From NCBI RefSeq assembly GCF_018977255.1, contig NW_024704742.1, positions 26,290,001-26,354,000 of the forward strand: a stretch of 64,000 nt of DNA, in the 5' to 3' direction. The stretch's first letter is position 1, and each line of letters begins with the position of its first letter. The position numbers were made by a program, and so were the translations under genes. Below the pieces are notes generated by a model, which saw nothing but the letters and a program-made list of their open reading frames with translations, was not told where the DNA came from and did no database searches. Below, piece by piece: positions 53,966 through 64,000 of the stretch. Source of the DNA: Callorhinchus milii (taxonomy: Eukaryota).

Positions 53966-56900
53966 GAGCATCTCAGTTTAGTTTATTCATGTTTCACAAT
54001 TTCTCAAACTTCACCGCGTTTAAAAAAACAACAAAATTACATTTGTAAAGCGCCTTTCATGGCAGGAGGACGTCCCAAGGTGCTGAAAGAAGAAGGAAAC
54101 TTCATAACATACTTCAGAATCAAGAAATCTACTTTAAAAGGTAATATTGCTACTTACAAATTAATGCACCTTCAGCAATTGGCAAACTTTCAGATCGTGC
54201 ACACTTTGAAGCAAATTGTATGTTTTATTGTAGCTAATATCTTGCTATTCCCATTAGTGCCCAGTTGTACAGCTTCAATCTACTCACACACATCCCCAGT
54301 GACATACTGTGCAATAACATTTCTGCTGATGAAGATTCAACTCAATCTTATAATTAAATTCTTATAATCTTACGATAAAGCATTCCCATTATTTTGAAAA
54401 GAAAGCCATTTTTATTCAATTTATAATATCTAATTTCTTCAGTGTAAGTGCTAATCTGGAGAGACAAGACTACATTTAGTTTATATTTAAAGAAAGAAAA
54501 TGTACAAAAAAAGCTCAGCATAAACCAGCCTGACGATGAATGAAACCAACAATAGAAGATTGCCAAAGTGCTCACACGCTTACAAAATTACAGAATTAAA
54601 AAGCTATTAAAGAGTACGACAATTTATCTGCATCTCTTAAAGCATCTTTTCGCACATTATAATAAGCACAACTCTCCAGGACTACATTAAAAAATCCTTT
54701 TAAACCATCCACTTAATTATGCTAACGTTAAAGTGGAAAACTGTATAATTACATTCTGATGTATTAATGCAGCCCTCTGTCAAGTCAGTCACTCATTTGT
54801 GATGTAGGTAGCACTGTGCATACAGGAGGTCTATTAGGCCACAATGTGACCTTTCATGTCCCTTCTGACTTGAAACCTACAGTGGTATGTTAAGACCGTG
54901 GATATCAGCCTTGAAATACGGAATTAAAATGGAGAACTCTAATGCTGGTATAAAGTTCAGGGACTTTTGCTTTCATCTCCTCCTTGGGGTGAGGGCTGAG
55001 AGTGAAACGAATGATCTTAGTTCAGTGAGGTTTGGAGAGAGCTAAAAGAATTTTCCACGAAAGTAAAACTGGGCAGAGACAGCCTTTAACTCGGATCTAG
55101 CTGTGAAAGTCTCAGTGAACCTCTTTGTATGAAAGCATTCAAAGCATCAAACTTGATCGCCAAGTTAGTACAAAATCAACAATTTACATTTATGTTGTGC
55201 CTCATGCATAAAAGAACTAAACACAAAATGCAGTGCTGGACACAGAGCAGGGAGATCTAAAAATACTGACCAAATGAATGACCAAAGGTTGCTGAAGGCA
55301 ATGAGAGAGGTAGCAGAGACAAATGACTACGTCTGTGGAAATAAGATACTGGGGCTAACATAATGCAGAACTAAACGTTTGCCAGTGTTAGCAAATAGTG
55401 TGTCAATTAACAAGGTGAATTGTCACCATTTCAAGTCTCAAATTATAAATGTGATGGCCACAGATAATCCATGAACTGGAATCCAAATTGGTTTTGTTAT
55501 CCAATTCATGCTTCATCTTATTTTTAACCACTTTATGGTTTATCAAATAAGTTTTGCTAAATCTTATCAATTGAGTCATTGAAAGTGGAACGGTTTCCAG
55601 CAAAATTTTTGTGTAATCGGCGTCATCTTTGCACTCATGTTGTAAACTGGTCACAATGCAGACTGAGAACAGCAGTTTCTTCGATCTTCAGATACACTTC
55701 ACGTCCTGAGGCTTTTTTGGCATCACGATGTGTCATTTATACATTGTTTCCCAGAACACTTTTCAGCCACCATATCAATCACCAGCTTGTACTTGGAGGA
55801 AATTGGATGCAAAAGTAAGGAAACCCACAAGTACATGAAGGGTAGCTTTGATTTGTGTTTGTAAATGCTTGGAGACTAGAAGCCTCTGACAGCTGAATTG
55901 GCCTTGTATCACTTCACCTGTCCTTTGGATGAGATGTTAAACCGAGGCCCTATTTTTGGCTGTTCAGGCAGATTCAGGCAGATGTTAAAAATTCCTCAGC
56001 ACTTTTCAAAACGAGAAGAAAATGTTTCCCAGTGTTCTCGTCAACAATTCCACCTCCCCCAAAAAAACACACAGGCTGTTCATTTCAATCCCCCAGCTAA
56101 AATTGATCATTCACTTCATGGCTGTTTGTGGGCACATTGCTGTGCCAAAAAGCATAAAACAATGTACAAAAGCACAAGACCCCCCCCCCCAGACCTCTCA
56201 TATCATCTGAACTCTGGCACCACCTTGGCCACCTTCATTCCCCAGACTCAGGGTAGATGGCTTCCAGGTGGATGGTGGCAGATTGCTAATGTACACACCA
56301 TAGTCTCGGCGATGGTGGCAGCTTTCCTCCCCTCTAGATACACTGGCTATCCCACCATGCGAGAGTCAAGCTGCTGAGAGCCTGTACCTGTGCAAGAAGG
56401 AAGTAGCAGCGGCTGTGCTGGGTGGAAGGGCCCTGTTTGCACTAGTGTGTAAGTGCCTATAAGGCCAATGTGCAGTTGTACAAAAAGTAAGTCAATTGAT
56501 TTCTGGGGAGCTGGCCATGGTGCAGTTATTTTCACAGTGAGTGCCCTTGGAAAATTCCTCCATTTCCAAAATAGCCATTCTGCCCTGCCTGGGAAACACT
56601 TTGAGATGTCTCCCTCATGTGAAAGACTACACTGGCCAGTCCACACAGGAACTTGGAAGTGTACCCTGCTTTGAGCAATAACTCATCTGCAGGAGACCCG
56701 CGTTATAAGTGAACACATACTCTAGTGAGGCATTTTATAGTGAGGTACAAGTTGCCCTGTAGCTTTTTCAAGTCAAGTTCAAGAAACACTACTACAAAAT
56801 ACTAAAACCAGTTAGTTAAAACACTATTAATTAAGAAATACTCTCAAATATCATGGCATCATCTCTACCTCTTTCAATATGTTAATATTAAGGTTAGCCT

Positions 56901-57036
56901 TATTTTGTACCCAGCCAGAGTACCTTAAAGTGCTTACTAAAATAAAGTCATCCTTTCCTTAAGTCTTTACAATGTGAAAAATGCTGTTATTAACATGATC
57001 AGTGTACAAAAGACCTCTGTGTTTTGTCCTTATTTA

Positions 57037-57334
<298 letters not shown>

Positions 57335-57769
57335 CTGGAGTGAACACATTTCAAATAAATCAAAAGAAAGGGATCAGTTTTGTGATTCACTGCAAAACCA
57401 TAATAGCCATCACTATGCAGATACCTACGACATTTTTGCCTATGGGAGAAATTTTTTTGGGCTCAATCCTCGACTGTTTGTGGGACATTTCTATTCACAA
57501 TTGGCAGCCACATTTCGCCCACAAAATGCAGTATATATTTTGTGAAGCATGCAAAACATGCAACGGATGCTCTCTCCATAGCAGCAGTTAGTAAATACTT
57601 ATTAGTAAATTACTAAAGTTAGTAAATTCAGGCATAGCATAATATGCTACTACTAATTACACCTGCCACAAATACTCTACACATTCATAGCAACAGCTTG
57701 CATTTATATAGAGCCGTTCAAGGTAAAGAAATAATTTAAAGAACAAGTATATCAAGATAAGAAAGCCAG

Positions 57770-58015
57770 TAGCAGATGTAAAAGGGAGGTTAGGAGGAAA
57801 TTTTTCATGCAGAGGGTGGTGAAATACAGAACTCAGTGTCGGAAGTTGTGTTTGGAGCACAAATCATCATCATCAAAAATCATCATTGCATTTCTGTACA
57901 TACATGAAAGGTGAAGGGAATAGAGGGGAATAGGAGGGCTGGAGTATAAACACTGGCAGAGATGAGTTGGACCAAATGGCCTGTTTGAACCCTGTATCAT
58001 TCTATGCAATTCTAC
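57770..58015 (+). mobile_element. CR1 3' end
   Basis: ttttcatgcagagggtggtgaa...ggagtataaacactggc...ggaccaaatggcctg...attctatg. Confidence 0.65.
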
Positions 58016-58839
58016 ATTTATAACATGTGGCCACTTATTTAATGAAAAACTCCTCGATATAGACGGAAAGGGCCTGTGGATCACATATCGATCCAACATA
58101 ACAAAAATTCTCATTTACTGTAGTGTTTCCAATGAATGAATGCCAAGACTTTTGCTCCATGTTGCATTGACAATGAGACCTGATTGCAATTTATAAAACT
58201 GCTCATTTAATGTTGTAATCCAGTCTAACTGCGCCCACGTAATCTTGGCTTTGTATTTACAATCTGTCAGTTGTTTTGTGTAATTTAACTAATTTTAAGG
58301 ATTAGGCACGGAATTGAGCAAACTTTGCAAAAATCCTTCCTAATACCATCCAAATTCTTTCTAATGCTTTTACATGCCAATGGTGCCCTTCCCCCTCTAG
58401 AGCGGAAACATCTCTTGTGTATCACCACGTAAATCAAAATCAAAAGCAAGGGAACCTCACAATAACATGGATCCAATGTTTCAGTGGCTGGTTTCAGTGA
58501 ACCGCATAACTGCTAACATCACTTTCTGTATGTTGTGCACATGTCCGTTATGCCCAGGAAGGGCAACAAACCTGATTTCATTTGCGAATGACAGTGGATA
58601 GTCCTGCCCAATAGTATGTGGCCAACCTCCTCCTGATCACACAGCCCAAACACGTTCTAGTATGTACTACTGTGTAAATCCTCTTCAAAGAAATGTAAAC
58701 TCTGCATGTTTATGTAGCAAAAACTGTCGTCAGTACCCACCCGTTCCACACCCCCACCACACCCCCTCAGAAATGCACTAAATGAGACGAAAGGATAAGT
58801 GTCAGTGGTATTTAAAAGATGTTAATATCTTTTAAATGA

Positions 58840-59115
58840 GGACCTGGGCGTAAGTTTCCATACTCCACCCACCTCTGTTTACCTAGCAGTAAGTAAGTAC
58901 AGGTTTATTAGTCAATTGGTAGATCACTTTCCAGGGGTAATAATCCCTTCAAAAAAAAGTGTGGTCACTCAATTCATGACTGTTTGTGGGATTGGCACAA
59001 TTGAATGCTGCGTTTTGCCCACAAAATTCACTTTACAGTATATACTGTGAAGCGCTTTGAGACATCTTAACAACATGATAAGGCACTATATCAATCGCAA
59101 GGTATATTATTATTA
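58840..59115 (+). mobile_element. SINE long variant with most of the head deleted
   Basis: cctctgtttacctagcagtaagta insert, Deu core and tail. Confidence 0.8.
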
Positions 59116-60787
59116 AGAAAACATAGAAATCTATCACACATCTGGAGGACATCCTGCCCATTGTATTAATGTTGATGTTCACTTTAAACCATGCATCCTA
59201 AGGTACTGCAGCGAGCTTGGCAGATGAACAAAAGGCTTACACGTTTTATAGGGAGGGTGCAGCACAAGACTACCCTTAGAAACTGCAAAGAGTGCAGTAA
59301 AGGAGCTCTTAATCCAAGCATGAATAGATGCAGTGTTGTAAATCATTGATAATTTACACACGGTAGGCCAGAAACCAGTGAATAGATGCTTGCATCAATG
59401 AGATATACCCAGGCTGGAAGGGAGTTTCCAAGCTTTGGCAGTTTGTGGGCTGGTGTTTCTTAAATCAGATCACAAACAGGTTGTTTTTTGTCAGGTCACA
59501 CGTATGCTGCATTGCTCAAATAGGCATCACAGTGTAAACGGGCACAGATAATCAGCATATTGGGTCTATCTATGCCTGCTGTGGTTACTAACCAAACAAA
59601 CTCCATCACAGTGCTGTACTTTGTCTCTGTATCAGTGTCTGAATTCCTCTTGTGCTCAAGGATCTGAAGAGCAGCCCATTAATATTTATTTTCAGTGTAT
59701 AATGGCTGTGGTATAAGCCGCACTTATAGATGATGGTTGTGATAAGGGGGCAACGCTGCATGACCCCCCCTTCCAGTGGAACAAAAGGTCCTCGATATTA
59801 CACTTAGCGTAATTTTTGTGTATTCCTGGCAATATGGAGAATAGTTGGCATTTGCAGAGGGTAATCATTCTTTTTTTAAAAAAACCCTTGCAACATAATG
59901 TGGATCCAAGAGCAGAGGTAGCTGTAGTTTAACCAATACAGTTAACTTCCTTTTCTGAAACTCTTTGCATTGAGAGTTCAGTGCCCACTGATTAGAGACT
60001 TTTCTCAGCAATGCATGGACATGGGCAGGCTGGCTGCTCCACGGGTTCAGGGTAATTTGCTCCGAGGCTCCATTCCACTCCAGTTTGCTGCTGGGTTAAG
60101 TGATCGGAAGGGTCACTCGAAAATGGCCCAGGACGGGGAGGTAAGAGATCATGCTATGATTCCTTGGGATTGTATAAATGGTTCCTTGGGATGTCCTCCT
60201 GACGTGAAAGGTGCTATACAAATGTAATTTGTTGATTCGTTTTGCTCACAAAATACAATTAATCGACTTTACAGTATATCCTGTGAAGCACTTTGAGACT
60301 CTCAACGACGCGAAAAGGCGCTATAGCAAATGCAAGGATAATTATTTATTATTATTATCATCATTATTATAATCTTTGCAGATGATACAGAGTTGTTTTC
60401 ACATCATCAAACGTCTCAAAGCTCTGCTTTACAGGATTTTACTGTACTGAGTAAAGTGTATTGGAGGAAAGGAGGAGAAATGGGCTCGACATAAGAAGTT
60501 ATGATGCCACTGATGCAAAAGCCAATAAATTGCATTTCATGGCATTGCTCTTAACGTCTGGGGATAAGTTACTCAGTGACAAAAAGTTATCACAACCTTT
60601 CCATCATTCACATCGCTCGTACAAACACCAGGCAACTAAATCCCCGAATTTCCAAAATTGTTTTAGTGTGTGTAGAAAACATTATTTAAAGAAGCCACTA
60701 TCTATATGAAATGCAAATGTAATTATTGTTATCTGACCGAACCTGCTATAGAGAATTGTTCTGCCTACTATTATTGAGCTAGATATC

Positions 60788-61200
60788 AGCCTGGCTCAGT
60801 TGCTAACGCTCTTGCCTCTGAGTTAGGAGGTTGTGGGCTCAAGTCCTGTGGTAGGACTATGAGCTCTAGACTGCCACCTCAGTGGAATGCAGGCCAGGCA
60901 TTCCACTGTCAAGGGTGGCATCCTTTGGATAAGTTGTTAAACTTTTACAGTTGAACGTTAAAGATCCAATGGCACAATTCCAAAAGAAGGAAGTTTTTTC
61001 CGGTATTCTGCCCAACAACTCCCAAGATAAAATTGTTAATTTTCTCAGGATTATTTGTAGGACATTGCCATGTGCAACCTGGCCTCTGGGTTCAATTACA
61101 GTCACATTTTAAGGTAAAATAAAATTAAAATAAAATGAAGTGCTTTGGAGACACTTGATCTGAAAGACGCAATATATAACAAATACAAGGATTAATATTA
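60788..61200 (+). mobile_element. SacSINE1-like DeuSINE
   Basis: cctggctcagttgctaacgctcttgcctctgagttaggaggttgtgggctcaagtcc head and gttaaagatccaatggcac core. Confidence 0.65.
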
Positions 61201-62614
61201 AGACACTTCTGTGCTAAATATGTATATTGTATTTACCATGGAGCTATAAAAAGGTATTTTCTACAATTTACAATTATGCAAATGCATGCTTTAGCAGCCA
61301 GAAATGAATTATTCAACCTTCTTTTTAATGAATATGATTTTGTTTCTATCCATGGCAATTGCTGTAAATTAGTCTACAAATCTCAATTTACCCAGAAGAT
61401 ATGTTTTGGAGAGTCTGTTACAAGATTTAGTTAAGGATCTTATCAAACTAAGAATGCACCACATGATCACCAACAAATGTAACTTTTTTATATGCTCATT
61501 GTAATCCCTGGGTAAAAACAGCATAGAAAGCAACAGACGTCACAATATTGACTGGCAAGCTTTCCCACTGCTTATCCAGCTTGAACCACTCTACCCTTAA
61601 GGGCTTTGGCTTGCAGAGTTAACAGGTGCAGATGAGAAGAATCCCTGTCCCTAGTGACTGATCTGCCCCTCTAAGTCCTGCTGCTGAGCTAGGCTGGCTA
61701 GCCAGTCATCAGTCCTGGAGTACTACGGACCCGCCTAGCTCAGAAAGCCAGAATACCAAGACTGTCACATAGGTCGGACTCAATTCTGCCATTCTGTTGC
61801 CAAACACATCAGCTTGGAGTCAACTCAGCTTCAAGGAGACTCTGCTTACCTACCCCCATGGAAGATAGTCACAAATTGGTAATTTGCTATCCGATAAGCA
61901 AGGGTTTCAGCCCTCACTAAGTGGGTAGCAGGTACCAGATACCTGCATTTCCCTGGGAAACTGCACAGCTCAGCATGAAATACATGATACCATTGCCACT
62001 ATCCTCCTGCCCACAATTCAAACACACAACCCTACTCATTGAGCAATACGTCCACAAGTTGGAAGTGCAAAGCATGAGCAGCAGATGCTTATTTCTCTGC
62101 ATATCAATCAAGGTGGATACCAAGTAATATCTCTGGTAAGTTTTGTGCTAATACAACCAGAATAGCAAAAGATTCACTCTATGCAGTGTTCTGTCACATG
62201 TATGTTAATCATGGAGCGTAATATTATTCAAATATGATTTTAAAATGTTTGTTATTATCTTGTATTTGAAAAATAAATTGACCTTCAAAGATCAAACCAT
62301 TAATCCTACTGTAGATATTTCAATGATTCTCTCTGATTCAAATCAGAAATCCATACAGTATTTCATATATTGATGTCTTCACAGAGGATTTACCATTGTG
62401 TCAGGGATCAGACAAACCTTTGGCTGAACAACCAATTTTGGTGTCTTGGGAAGAGGAATACAACATCAATAATATGCTTGACCAATTCAGAGCGAGACGC
62501 AATGGAATGCAATCAAAGTGAAAGTTCCTGACATTCAGTAACTGATGTTCAGAGAAAAACCGAGAGGCAAAGCAGATCTGTGCAAGGCACCTTCAAAGAG
62601 ACTGAGGACACATT

Positions 62615-62732
62615 GAAGCTTAATATTGCACTCACTTTCCTTTCTCCATAGACGCTGCCTGACCTGCTGAGTGTTCCCAGCGACTTCTGTTTTTGTTTAA
62701 AATTTCCACCATCTGCAGTATTTTGCATTTTC
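62615..62732. repeat. Single arm of the palindromic MITE-like element seen at 20868
   Basis: tgctgagtgttcccagcgacttctgtttttgttt...catctgcagtattttgc is the reverse complement of the 20868-20934 arm. Confidence 0.7.
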
Positions 62733-63059
62733 CTTAATTTTTTTTTTACAGATAGATTGGCTCCAGCGTCAATCCACTGACTGCAGTTGTCAGTGACCAG
62801 TTAGCCTCCTTCATATAGCTGAGGGATACTGCCAGTCAAAATATCCGGCCAGATTCAAGCGTCAGCCTTGAGTGCTACTTGAACTGATATGTCACTTTAT
62901 TCTGATTCTGTGGAGGTTCCTTCTGATAAATTCTGATATTTAAAGTACATCATTAACATTTAAACTGGTATTTCACTGTAATTCAATAGTAGAGCAAACT
63001 GTTGATTCATTTTCAAAATCATCATTTATTTAGCTTGTAATTGAAGACTTGCAAAGCTT

Positions 63060-63560
63060 TATAAAGAATGTACAGTGCAGAAACAGGCCACTCAGCCCAG
63101 CCAGTCTGTGTCATTATTTATACTCCACACAAATCTTCATTCATTCCTTAGCCCCTCCTATACCCTTTCATACCCCTCTCCCTCATGTGAAGGTCTAGCT
63201 TCCTTTTGAATGCATCTACACTACCTGATTCAGGCAGTAAATTCAACAATCTCACTAACCTCTGTATAAGGTTGTTCATCCTAAATTCTCTATTAAGTCC
63301 CCTAGTCACTATCTTTCATTTTGGCCCCTGGTTACGGACTCCCCAACCAATGGAAACACCTCATCTATGTTACCTTATCGAACCCTTTGATAATTTTAAA
63401 CACTTCCATTAGACCCCCTACTAAATGTTTCTTCCCTCATGAAAAAAGACCTAACCTATCGAGTCTAGCCTGATAGCAGTAACCTACCTGCTCTGATATC
63501 ACCCTTATTAAATACAAAATGTCCTGTTCATTTGTATTGAAAGCTGTTAGGCACTTGTTT
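63060..63560 (-). mobile_element. CR1 3' end
   Basis: Reverse-strand CR1 UTR (cagaaacaggcc...tttatactccacac), similar to 18290-18720. Confidence 0.65.
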
Positions 63561-63888
63561 CATATTCCAAATATGGTCACTTGAAAGTGGTCTACGTAGG
63601 AACATAGCCTTCCTCAGCTGCAGGAATGCTGTGGCACATGTGAGTCTGGTTATGCTCTATCTCTGGTTCACCAGGCTCCTTTCTAATCTGGTCCTGTTGG
63701 CCTTTTGGTGCAGCCTTGATGAGCTGAACTGCCTTCCTGGCTCTGAAACCCGGCCTCGCGCGAAGGGCGCTATATAAATGCAAGTTGTTGTTGTGGGATA
63801 CTTAATCTGGTCTATGTCTCTCATTGGCAGTAATAGAAATGGAAGAAAACGGCAAGCGAGAATGAGGGGAGCCAACTGCCAGTTGACT

Positions 63889-64000
63889 TAATAATAATAA
63901 TAATAACCTTGCATTTGATATAGCGCTTTTCACGTCTTCTAGACGTCTCAAAGCGCTTCACAGAATAGACTGTAAAGTGAATTGACTGTATATTTGTATG
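63889..64000 (-). mobile_element. SINE 3' end running off the window
   Basis: (taa)n cttgcatttgatatagcgcttttcacgtc...gtgaattgactgtatatttg. Confidence 0.85.

Noticed and set aside
54066..54088. REST/NRSE-like site (ttcagcaccttgggacg on the minus strand)
   Set aside because: The right half-site and spacing are non-canonical, and the sequence is an L2 tail fragment.

Overview
This is vertebrate genomic DNA, probably from a cartilaginous fish: the repeats resemble chimaera/elephant-shark tRNA-Deu-L2 SINEs, L2, CR1 and SacSINE-like elements as I recall them. The window lies almost wholly inside one minus-strand gene, a JAKMIP1 (Marlin-1) orthologue. I traced 11 coding exons by hand, from the ATG at 57207 to position 552. 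They encode 570 aa, all 10 introns between them are GT-AG and phase 0, and the gene runs off the left edge. The introns are full of SINE and LINE relics, one TA-flanked MITE and a few unclassified repeats. There are no prokaryotic features or CRISPR arrays, and I found no convincing new multi-gene system. The best leads are a candidate 21-nt stop-containing microexon, a strong-Kozak in-frame uORF, a JAKMIP2-like N-terminus on a JAKMIP1 body, two structural SINE subfamilies, inverted SINEs around an exon, a 76-nt near-perfect hairpin and an unclassified three-copy repeat. Family names come from recall, not from database searches.
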